From Synechococcus sp. (GTDB taxonomy: Bacteria > Cyanobacteriota > Cyanobacteriia > Thermostichales > PCC-7336), in contig JBFRWN010000142.1 of assembly GCA_051439605.1 (NCBI GenBank), positions 1-64,000 on the forward strand: DNA of 64,000 nt. Reading direction: 5' to 3'. The number at the start of each line of letters is the position of its first letter. Within the stretch, counting starts at the first letter, position 1. A program made the translations under genes and the position numbers. Shown here one piece after another: positions 17,504-26,925 of the stretch. The notes below the pieces were generated by a model that searched no databases, was not told the origin of the DNA, and saw nothing but the letters and a program-made list of their open reading frames with translations.

Positions 17504-19525
17504 TTATAGTGAGTTTGTATCGACCCATTTAACCATTCCTGTTCTATCCTTAACTTCGTTGTACATATGAGCGGTCCCCCCAGGACCGTCTCCACCTTCA
17601 CCATTCCAAAGACAAATAAACCTAACTTTCTCAGTCCCAAATGAGAGCGTAGTAAAGAGCAACCACAAGTTGCATCGTTCGTAGGAATAATAGGCTCCAA
17701 ATCTGGGCGGAGTAGAGCCAAGACTTTGGGGCGCCGAGCGAATCGGTAGCTTCTCTATATCCAGTTTTTCCTTGGCAGCAAAATAACGATCGCGCCATTC
17801 CGGACCACCGCGATCTACTGAACGCTGGATAAACTCCGGCTCATCAAAGGGTTGCATCCATTGGACCTTGACACCGAGCTTTTGGCAGGCTTCAGTAAAG
17901 ATTAGATCTCCACCACAAGCCCCTTGTGTCAGCGCAAGATCGTTTGGCCCTGCCCCCATTTCTACGAGGGCTTCTTCAATTTTACGGAAAGCGATCGCAG
18001 CTTTTTCATTAGGAAATCTCGGTGTCTTGCGATCCTGCTCATCAACCATATGTCCGCTAAATAGAAAGACTTGCTTGGGTTCCCATCGCTCCTCTGGTTT
18101 AGTCAACCGATTGATGGCTCGACTCAATGTCTCAATCCCCGCGTCAACGTTATCTGGCCGGAATCCTAGGGTTTTCAAGAGTTGGAGTTGAGAACGAGCG
18201 GAATCAAGATTAAACCAATTTTTTCCATTGTTAGCGATCGCGTCACTATAAGCTCTCTTTACCGTTTGCGGCGTACCAACCAAAACCTCTAAATCTCCAA
18301 GGGTTACCTTAGCCCAATAGAGTCGAGCGGCATTAGTTTCACATGTAGCAGAAAAGCGAACAGCACCCTGCAACATATCCATTCGATCTTCATAGTCTGC
18401 TTCCGCAGTTAAATCCTGGAAGAGATGCATCAAGGTCAACGCACTAATCCCAGAATAATAGTATTTAGGTTCCCGAGAATATCCCTGGTAATAGCTTTCT
18501 ATAGCCGATCTAAGAAGGGCATCTTCTTCAGCAGCTTTCGCTCTCCTCTCATTTATAGAGAGATTTGGCTCGCTCCAAGATTCAATCCAAACATCTTTAT
18601 CAACCCGAGCGAGCAATGCCCAAGTTTCAGAATCATTAGGATAGGTTTTCAACATTTTTTGATAGTGCTTTTTCACTCTATCAATGCTATAATTTTTCCA
18701 CTTTTTTTGAGCTAGTTTTTGAAGGCAAATGCCTTTCTTTTGAAGAGCATTGAGACAATCAGGTTCGATATCTAAACCTCGCTGAAGCTGTTCTAATGCA
18801 AAGTCATACTGTTTGGTATTCAATAATGCAACTCCTGCTTGAATCCAAGCATCGGCTTGGAAAGCTGCAACGGGAGCTTCCTCTGAGAGGACTAAGATAT
18901 CGCCTACAAGAGGTGGTTTGGATTTCCGTGCCAGTTCCAAACGATTTTCCCAACGGTCATGATTTTTCCAGTACTCACGCGCATCACCTACACGGAGTGA
19001 CTTCCAGTCAGGCTCCTGGAGGTGAGGCATTAAATTAAATACGGGGCTGATCTTACGGCCTTTCCAGGACTCCAAAGTCTCTTTCACCATCTGGGTAAGA
19101 GCCACGATGTCCTCATTTAATGTATCTGGATTGGGTTCAGAAATATCTGGATGAGTCACACCCTTTACAAGTTGATAACGCAATTTATGCTCGGATTGAA
19201 GATCGAAGGCTGTCGTAATTTTGCCACCACATACAATGACAACCCCTCTAGCTCGTAGCGCATGGCGTACCCCTATTTCATACCAAACATTAGGATGGTT
19301 AATGGTCAGATCGGCCACCACGAGATCGGCCAATACTAGCTCTTGAAACATATCCTTACGGATATCTCCTGCTCGTTGTTCTCGCTCTGCACAAATAACC
19401 TCAACGTTCGCAGCAACTAACGCAGGTTCGATATAGTTTTGATACACCTTATCAAAATCAATCTTGCCTCCTCTAGAGTCATCTTTTTGACCAAAGGGCA
19501 TTGCCACAAACACATGGGGTTTCAT
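17504..19525 (-). CDS. DUF4071 / ASK-type deoxyribohydrolase-like N-terminal domain + TPR + SLOG-like C-terminal domain protein
   Basis: N-terminus FVAMPFG...ADLVVADLT..PNVWYEIGVRHALR; central TPRs (YSGISA, YWAKVTLGD); C-terminus FSGHMVD...RFP...GACGGDL...WNGEGGDGPGGT. Confidence 0.75.
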   Translation of the reverse strand: MKPHVFVAMPFGQKDDSRGGKIDFDKVYQNYIEPALVAANVEVICAEREQRAGDIRKDMFQELVLADLVVADLTINHPNVWYEIGVRHALRARGVVIVCGGKITTAFDLQSEHKLRYQLVKGVTHPDISEPNPDTLNEDIVALTQMVKETLESWKGRKISPVFNLMPHLQEPDWKSLRVGDAREYWKNHDRWENRLELARKSKPPLVGDILVLSEEAPVAAFQADAWIQAGVALLNTKQYDFALEQLQRGLDIEPDCLNALQKKGICLQKLAQKKWKNYSIDRVKKHYQKMLKTYPNDSETWALLARVDKDVWIESWSEPNLSINERRAKAAEEDALLRSAIESYYQGYSREPKYYYSGISALTLMHLFQDLTAEADYEDRMDMLQGAVRFSATCETNAARLYWAKVTLGDLEVLVGTPQTVKRAYSDAIANNGKNWFNLDSARSQLQLLKTLGFRPDNVDAGIETLSRAINRLTKPEERWEPKQVFLFSGHMVDEQDRKTPRFPNEKAAIAFRKIEEALVEMGAGPNDLALTQGACGGDLIFTEACQKLGVKVQWMQPFDEPEFIQRSVDRGGPEWRDRYFAAKEKLDIEKLPIRSAPQSLGSTPPRFGAYYSYERCNLWLLFTTLSFGTEKVRFICLWNGEGGDGPGGTAHMYNEVKDRTGMVKWVDTNSL

Positions 19526-20373
19526 GCCTTTTTCTCCTGACTAGAAGGTTTATAATGCCCTTTGATGTCATTCAAGGCATCAAACAAGCGAGATTTAAGG
19601 GCGAGAGAGCAGAGTTGACACTGGGAATTAACATCTGTAGTAGTGAGTTTCCAAGACCTAGGAAATTTGATATTTTGAGGCCACATCTATGAATACCTTT
19701 TTAAAATCACCAACAAAGAGTAATTCATTATTAGCCAATAATACATAAGTCTTAGAGAACGACGAGTATAGTAACGCTGCTCTTCACGACGAATCAACAA
19801 AACAGAGATCTGAACTAAAAACAAAAACAACAGTTACGATCCAACATAGATCCTAGTCAGGTTAACGGTTGCTTACAGATATTGAGGAAAGGAGATCGCC
19901 TAGATTATGTTGATAAAAGTAGAACAAAGTCTTCAAGATGCTCGGATTATATCTAGTTCCTCGCGATTGACTGTTCGATTTGATAGAAATTGCCAAGATT
20001 TAAACGATCTCCCAAAATAGGTATCAATGAACCATTTGATTCCAACAAATAATCCAAATAGGCCTGACATCAGCGTTATATGTAACGAGGATAGCGAGTC
20101 ATATTCTCAGAGGGACTCCTGCTTCAATACACCGAAATGTCTCGGGCACAATTTACTAATTTTTGGGCCAATTGAGCCTCCCACTACAAGCTCAATCTGT
20201 TCTGTCTAACCTTGGAATCACCTTCTTTTCCCTATTCTTCACTCTCACAATTAATCGATAGTCCGTATCAAGTCGTCCATCTCTGCTGACTATGCCTCCT
20301 TTGTGATAACTGATTTCCAGCTGATAATATGCCCACGAAAGACATAAACGGCAGCGATATCAACACAAAGAAC

Positions 20374-21390
20374 CTACTGATTGGTTGTTGTGTCAGTCCG
20401 GTCTTCAAAATAGAGGATGTCATCCATAAAGTAAGAGCGGTGTGTACTTGTCGATAAATGGGGGAAAGACGCCCAATCAGGTTTATAAATTCCATGTTTA
20501 ACAAAGGGGGCAATGGAATCGTTATACGTGTTAGGTCCTCGGCGATCTAGCTCAAGAACGCCATTCCTCCACATCTTGAGGATGCCGTCACCTCGGTAGC
20601 TCCACTTAATTTCAAATTTCCACTCAACCCATTGTCCTTTGACTAATTTGTCCTGCCAAACATTCCAGCTTCCGTTAAGGTTTTTACGATCGGAAATGCG
20701 ATTTGCATCCCACCACACTCCAAGCATCATGTTGTTACCCTGAATATTCAGTGAGACCGGAGGTCTTCGCCAGGGTTCACCTAAGTGAGCATCAGGTGGG
20801 CTGTGCCACTGAGTAATGTGTTCGCCCGACCCGTCATTCTGCCAATCTTCGGGAATATAAGTGCGGAAAGAATAGATATAAGTGGTACCGAACTGGATAT
20901 CTTCTCTGGGGATTTTGGGCACAATCTCGGTCCTGTGAGATATCCCAGCCCATAGGGGGTCGGTTCTGCGTAAATCAAATTGGACAACTCTACCGTTCCC
21001 TTCGGGATTCTCGACAATGTTAATACCGTGATTGGAGGTAGTTTGGAGACGGAAATCTTGGAGTTCGCCACTGTTCAAGTCTGAGCGAAAGATTACCGGA
21101 AGGAAAACGGCATTCTCAGACTGAGTAACAGATTCGTTGAACGCATCAGCAGCTACAGGGTATCCGCTAAAGCTCATGTTCGACAATTGTGTGCGAGGAT
21201 TGCCTGTTTGAGAACGTCCCAAAGAGGATTCCGCTTGGAAATCAGATTGCCTATTAACTAATGAGTAGGTTGCTCTAGTAAAACAAAAAACACTCAATAG
21301 ACTGACTGCACTTGCCAGTCCTATCCTCAACACCTTCAACAATGCTATCGAGCGAGTCACGTTCATCGATCGAGTTACTTCCGTATTCAA
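20374..21390 (-). CDS. Secreted polysaccharide lyase-like (PL20/PF14099-type) protein
   Basis: Signal peptide; HRTEI, ITQWH, GILKMWRNG, FVKHGIYK motifs. Confidence 0.7.
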   Translation of the reverse strand: MNTEVTRSMNVTRSIALLKVLRIGLASAVSLLSVFCFTRATYSLVNRQSDFQAESSLGRSQTGNPRTQLSNMSFSGYPVAADAFNESVTQSENAVFLPVIFRSDLNSGELQDFRLQTTSNHGINIVENPEGNGRVVQFDLRRTDPLWAGISHRTEIVPKIPREDIQFGTTYIYSFRTYIPEDWQNDGSGEHITQWHSPPDAHLGEPWRRPPVSLNIQGNNMMLGVWWDANRISDRKNLNGSWNVWQDKLVKGQWVEWKFEIKWSYRGDGILKMWRNGVLELDRRGPNTYNDSIAPFVKHGIYKPDWASFPHLSTSTHRSYFMDDILYFEDRTDTTTNQ

Positions 21391-21830
21391 GACTAATGTG
21401 TTCTATGAATCGATGCTCCTAGCTGTCGCTACTGCTTGAATCGTGACAAACACGCCGACCCCCCTTATAAAGATGAAGCAGCAAAGATTCACCGGAAGTC
21501 AGAAATCGTGGCTGTTGTTACAGAAAGGCAGATAGAATCTCACCCCTGGGCATTCTCTAAAACCCTTTCTAGTAGCAATGTATTGAAGTGGAACTATAGA
21601 TATTCTATTAAGGGCTCGAGGCAAACGCACACTCAATCGGAGAGTACGAGCGAAAGATCGTCACTGTCATATCCTGCCTTGAGGCGTTTGGCTTCGATCC
21701 GCTCTTTGGCTGAGGAGTCCTTAAGTAAGAGGATGAAAGTCATATGCCGCCAAATCAAAGCTCGATTTTCATGTGCATTGTCGTTACGAACACCTGATGC
21801 ATTGATTGAAAGCTTGCCATACTTGTCTTA

Positions 21831-21858
21831 GCGCCTGAAGTTGTCTAACTTCAGGCGC
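21831..21858. terminator. Hairpin immediately downstream of the DUF4347-lyase gene
   Basis: GCGCCTGAAGTT-GTCT-AACTTCAGGCGC, perfect 12-bp stem. Confidence 0.7.
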
Positions 21859-21868
21859 AGCAGAGCTA

Positions 21869-23653
21869 CTAGACTGAAGTGACTCTCATCCAATCGATAT
21901 TGGCTGAACCATTACCAAGGCCTTCAAGCCTGATAGTGTTTTCACCAGCCTCTAGATACACTCTTTGGCCCGTTGTTCGCCAATTATTCCAACGCCCAGT
22001 ATTGGAGAATGCAACGTTCTCCGAGCGGTCCCCGTTCACGAATAGACCCAAAGGAGCATTACGTGCATAACCCCTTGCGAGTGCATATCTCCAATCAAGC
22101 TGATAGAAACCAGCAGTTGGGACGTCGATGCTCCAGTCCAGTCCATCTCTCTGGGATCTGGATGTCGACTTCCACAAATGTGCGTAACGCCCGCTAGCAT
22201 TGAATCCACGTTTTACAGAAGCTCTTTGTCGATCGGCGTTCTCGGCCTGGTAAATTCTTTGAAAATTGCCACTGCTGACAACATTGTTACTGCTAGGCTC
22301 CTCCTGAATGGGTGTCGTGGCGGTGTTAACGGTAGGCTCCTCCTGAACGGTTGAAGGGGCCACCGTGCCTCGAAAATGCTGGATGTCATCCATAAAGTAA
22401 TGGCGGCGGTTAGTAGTCGACAGTTCGGGATCGTCACTCCACTCAGGCTTGTATAGGCCATGCTTGACAAAGGGTCCGTTCGAGTCGTTATAGGCATTCG
22501 CCCCCCTGCGATTTAATACAAGCTCGCCATTGCGCCACGCCCTGATGACGCCGTTGTTATTGAAGCTCCACGTCATTTCAAACTGCCATTCTTCCCATCT
22601 CCCTTTGGTTAAGTTCCCTGACCAAACAGTCCCCCCGGTCATACTTCTGGTAGTTGAGATACGTCTTGGATCGGAGAACACATCGAGCTGGAATTGGTTA
22701 CCCCTCACGTTCAGTGAAACCGGAGGTCTGCGCCAGGGTTCCCCTGAGTCGGGTCGAGAGTGCCACTGGGTAATGTGTTCGAGCGTCGGATCGTTCTGCC
22801 AATCTTGGGGAATGAACGTGCGGAAGGTGTAAGTGTAAGTTTGGCCGTAATTGATATTCATACCTCTGGGCACAATCTCGGCTCTGTGCTTCCCATTCCA
22901 AAGGGGATCGTTTCTGCGGAGATCGAAGTGGATAGCCCTACCATCTCCTTGGGGGTTATTGACAACCTGAATCCCGCGATTGGTAGTGGTTTGAAGGTTG
23001 ACATTCGAGAGTCTGCCAGTTTCGGTGGTATCGCTAAAAATTGCCTGGGGCAGAATGGCGTTGTAAGACTGAGCAACAGATTCGTTGAACGCACCAGCAG
23101 ATTCAATGGGGCCGTTGGAAAATTCAAGCTCCCAATCCCCTCCGAGTGAACTACTGCCAGTCAGATCATCGGAGGCTGCAATATCTGCCCCCGTAAGGCT
23201 GCTCAACTGATTCAGAAACTCTATGCCCTCCTGACCTGCGGCAATGTCGCATCCGTAAAACAGAATGTCTGCATCCTGCGTAAGGGACTGCTGCCAGGAC
23301 TGTAACTGAGTTTCGTAATTTGCCAGTTGGCTGGCATCGAGGGTGGTAGTGCCTAATTGAAATGCACCCGAGGCGCCATGAGACACAAAATGAAGGCTAG
23401 AGATATTTTCATAGTTGGCCAGAGTCTCTGTAACTTGAGCGATGCCGTCGAGGCTGTCATCCAAGACAATGACTTCAATACCATCCTTAACTTCGGAGAC
23501 AAGTGCATCGAGCTGCTCCACGGAGGAATCCACAAACATCAAGCTTACGCCCGACGATTGCGTCAGGGCATTGTCTTCTTGGGAGGTTCCTAACGAAGAT
23601 TCCGCGTAGAAATCGGATTGCTCGTTAACTAATACTTCCGGAGTCATAACCAA
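21869..23653 (-). CDS. DUF4347 + polysaccharide lyase-like + CBM35/CBM6-like protein
   Basis: DUF4347 (LHFVSHG, ILFYGC, ASDDLTG, GGDWELE), lyase (HRAEI, ITQWH, FVKHGLYK), CBM (YQAE, TGRWNNW, LEAGENTI, NIDW). Confidence 0.8.
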   Translation of the reverse strand: MVMTPEVLVNEQSDFYAESSLGTSQEDNALTQSSGVSLMFVDSSVEQLDALVSEVKDGIEVIVLDDSLDGIAQVTETLANYENISSLHFVSHGASGAFQLGTTTLDASQLANYETQLQSWQQSLTQDADILFYGCDIAAGQEGIEFLNQLSSLTGADIAASDDLTGSSSLGGDWELEFSNGPIESAGAFNESVAQSYNAILPQAIFSDTTETGRLSNVNLQTTTNRGIQVVNNPQGDGRAIHFDLRRNDPLWNGKHRAEIVPRGMNINYGQTYTYTFRTFIPQDWQNDPTLEHITQWHSRPDSGEPWRRPPVSLNVRGNQFQLDVFSDPRRISTTRSMTGGTVWSGNLTKGRWEEWQFEMTWSFNNNGVIRAWRNGELVLNRRGANAYNDSNGPFVKHGLYKPEWSDDPELSTTNRRHYFMDDIQHFRGTVAPSTVQEEPTVNTATTPIQEEPSSNNVVSSGNFQRIYQAENADRQRASVKRGFNASGRYAHLWKSTSRSQRDGLDWSIDVPTAGFYQLDWRYALARGYARNAPLGLFVNGDRSENVAFSNTGRWNNWRTTGQRVYLEAGENTIRLEGLGNGSANIDWMRVTSV

Positions 23654-24825
23654 TGTGTCCTTTGACTAAATAATTTGCGCTACTGAAAAGAGGTAAATTG
23701 CGAACAACGGACGAACGGATTGAGCAGACAAAAGGTCTGCAGCGAATGCCTATTGATGACTAAAACCCTTGTCTACACAGTGAAACCAAGGGAAATGAAG
23801 CAGCGGGTGCCTCACTTCCACAAGGGGTTCCCAATAGATAGCGGGAGAAAAGCGCTAGGCGCAGAAACTCGAGAAAATAAGCTGCTTGTAGTACCTGTTC
23901 AACAAGATGTCCCTACAAATTCCCGTTCAGATGTGCGTGTGACATCCGCACAAAGATGCACTGGCCCAATGGCGAGGGTATCCGGCAATCAAAACAGGGG
24001 CTTGGGAAACTGGGTTTGCCGGGTTCTACAAAAAATTGACCGATGCTATCAGTATCGAAAGGTAGAAGTTGCGATTGATTCAGTAGTTAGAGGAACGGTA
24101 GGATAAAGTATGACGTTGTCGTAACGCGAACATTGAGTATTCGCAGTTGAGATAGCGTCACCTAACTGATTGATGGCTGTCGGGGGCCTAATTACGTATA
24201 GATAGAAGCTCATAAACCTGATGGATCTAGGTGGGAACATAAATGTCTGTGCGGCAATGCTTGCAAAGACTGAATCAACTCATAAACAACGAGCAAATCC
24301 GCAGAACTTAATGCGCACATAAGTATTGACGTAAATTGTAACGCTTTTGTTTCGTGAACTAACACTTGTTCCCTTATTCATGTAGCCTGTTTATCTCCCA
24401 TATGCCCGACTTAGTATCGTGGGGTCTCAGCATATTCAATAATTTACAAGCAGATGCTTTCCCTCGCCCAGAATGCAGGAATGATAGGGGCTGCACCTGT
24501 TGTTGATTGAGAGACAGACAGTACAGATTCATCCGGTTAACGAACACAATCCACTCAATCCACAGCCCCCTAAGAAGGTAAAATATTTACGAAAGTTTGC
24601 CATTACACTACAAGAACGCTTAGCAAAGTCGTAAGCAATATTGCGCTTGTGCGTAAACTAGTGTTTGCCTGACTGCAATCAAGCCTACAAGGTTCACTTA
24701 TGCCCCCCTCATAGAGTCCAGATTTAGCTAGCTTGCCGAAAATGACAGTGGTTATGCTTGCTTAACTATATGTGTATCTGCTTATCTAGGTTTTGATTGG
24801 CCAAATCTACCGAGACTTACTCTAT

Positions 24826-25230
24826 CTAACCCAGCCAGCCAGTGACCCGCTCGATGGCCTGCTGCTTTCCAGTTTTTGTCTTCACGCTGCCGCTGGTAAG
24901 GGCATTGAATCCATGCACGAGTCCTTTCCCCCCCAAAGCCACCAAGGTAACGGAGTGAGTTTGCCCTGGCTCGAAGCGGACAGCATTGCCAGAAGGAATA
25001 TTGAGGCGCATGCCAAAACTTTGGGAGCGCTCGAAGCGCAACGCTCGATTAACCTCAAAAAAATGAAAATGGGAGCCCACTTGAATAGGGCGATCGCCTG
25101 TATTGGTAACATCTAACGTCACAGTAGGGCGACCGACATTGGCTTCGATCGGTTGGGACTCGACCCATATTTGACCGGGAATCATCTGCTCTGACTGAGG
25201 TTGCGTGCCTGTCTGTTTACTTCCCGCCAT
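24826..25230 (-). CDS. ureB: Urease subunit beta
   Basis: MIPG...NTGDRPIQVGSHFHFFEVN...GMRLNIPSGNAVRFEPG. Confidence 0.93.
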   Translation of the reverse strand: MAGSKQTGTQPQSEQMIPGQIWVESQPIEANVGRPTVTLDVTNTGDRPIQVGSHFHFFEVNRALRFERSQSFGMRLNIPSGNAVRFEPGQTHSVTLVALGGKGLVHGFNALTSGSVKTKTGKQQAIERVTGWLG

Positions 25231-25426
25231 GCCTTCATCCTGCGAGCAATTAACGCGATTAAAGCACGAATTTTTTTGCCAAGACAGTATTGTGGGTCCA
25301 AAACTGGGGGGGGCTCTTTCGCTTACCCGTGCACCTAGACTAATGTGATAAGTAGAGGCAATTGCTTGAAATCCCTTGAGGAAGGCAGTTGCACGTTTAC
25401 AATTTTATGTTTGCGCCACTGCTTCT

Positions 25427-25708
25427 ATGGAAACTGACATCTACGTATGTGTTGAGGCGGCAACCCTCACCATCATTGCGATTGAGATTGAGGCGCGTGG
25501 CTACGTGCGCAAGGACGATCCTTACTTCAACCGCGGCAGCAAAGCCTATCTCAATCAGGAATTTTTCCCCATCGGTACGGTTCTAACCGAATCCCAACTC
25601 GCAGAATGGGAGCCGTACAAAACGAATGCCAACGATCGCGACATACTCTACAAGTTAGAGGGGCCAAAGATTTCCACTAGCGTTCATATTGATGGATTCA
25701 AAGCCTAG
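25427..25708 (+). CDS. Hypothetical protein
   Basis: 93-aa ORF from ATG 25427 with protein-like composition, divergent from ureB. Confidence 0.5.
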   Translation: METDIYVCVEAATLTIIAIEIEARGYVRKDDPYFNRGSKAYLNQEFFPIGTVLTESQLAEWEPYKTNANDRDILYKLEGPKISTSVHIDGFKA

Positions 25709-25935
25709 CCGCCCAATAGTATTGGGTGCTGGTATCGGGGTTGGCTCCCCAATCAATTGCAGCCCTAGTGATGGCAATAGCTCTAGCTCCACTGCCTAAA
25801 GCGCCATGGACGCAGCAAGCAATCGCAGATTTTGACAAGATTGATTCTAAACACCCTTCGCTCTAACTGTTTTGAACTGGCATGGGCAAGCGCTAGGGCT
25901 GTTGCACATGCATCCCAAAAAATGTGAAGACAGAT

Positions 25936-26112
25936 TTAGGATGCAGCCCGATGCAATTGCAGCAGGAGATAAGCGATCGTCGCGGGAAAGGCGGCCACCA
26001 AAATCACCTGCGGCAAGATTTGCATCACCCCTACTAGGGCAGGTCCCAACAAGAAATATGAAGCAATCGACACCGAGAGCGCCCAGGTGCGCACCAGCTT
26101 ACCAATATTCAT
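25936..26112 (-). CDS. Small hydrophobic membrane protein (58 aa, below the ORF-track cutoff)
   Basis: MNIGKLVRTWALSVSIASYFLLGPALVGVMQILPQVILVAAFPATIAYLLLQLHRAAS*; two hydrophobic segments. Confidence 0.45.
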   Translation of the reverse strand: MNIGKLVRTWALSVSIASYFLLGPALVGVMQILPQVILVAAFPATIAYLLLQLHRAAS

Positions 26113-26198
26113 GATTCACAAGATTTAGTTTGAGATTAACTGTGCTGAAGTCTGTAGCACCGACCAATGTAAATGCAGATTGCATCAACTTGAACAAA

Positions 26199-26231
26199 AA
26201 AGCCACTACTAAAGCTATAAGTAGTGGCTTT
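26199..26231 (-). terminator. Rho-independent terminator (minus strand)
   Basis: 12-bp stem AAAGCCACTACT / AGTAGTGGCTTT with a U-tract on the minus strand. Confidence 0.7.
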
Positions 26232-26925
26232 GGTTTGACATTAGATTGGTCGAATTAGCCTCTAAACATAAGTTGCCCTTTTTTATATGAAAATTACAGT
26301 GGGGTCTGTTGAAAAATAGTTTGCGCAAAAGCACAGTCGTTTCAGGGTTCTCCCTTATAAAATCCGCGAATATACTGGATAATGGTTGGGGAGAAATGGA
26401 ATGCTGGCAGTCAAAAACAGAAGGCAGTCAAGGTTTATCCCGAGTCAGGCTCAATAGTCCTGCTACAAGATTAGCAATGCTATCGAGTTGCTCCTGTTAT
26501 CTTTCCCTGGTATTGGTCGACACCCAATCCTCAAAGATCGATATATTTAAACTTATTGACGATTGCCATATATCGATCTCAGTTGTGGCATTTGGATATA
26601 AATTACAGGGATAGATATAGATGTTGAACGGATGAGATAGGCGGAACTTGTATTCTTGAGATGAAGGGGTTGACTGAACAACCATTTAAGAGAGTTAGTT
26701 ATCTCTCGCACAATGTTTGGCAAGAACTTTTTGTGGCCATAAATGGCTATCAAGCCCCTCGAGATATGTCATCCTCGAACTCTACAGCGTTCGTCAAGTC
26801 GGCTAGGACATCTCAGCACACCAGCATCCTTACCGTGCAAAGAACTTGCTGCCCTAACTAAGACTAAATTAGCTATATCTTGAGTATTGACCCACGGCCC
26901 GAATTAAACTTTTCGCTGCCGAAAG

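Noticed and set aside
23770..24020. c-di-GMP riboswitch upstream of the lyase gene (GGCAAACC on the minus strand)
   Set aside because: The remaining consensus elements (GNRA-capped stem, GACGCAAAG) are not recognisable
24578..24590. NtcA site
   Set aside because: GTA-N7-TAC spacing, not N8
26497..26861. Three short ORFs of 62-66 aa
   Set aside because: Mutually overlapping, with no motifs or ribosome-binding sites; probably spurious
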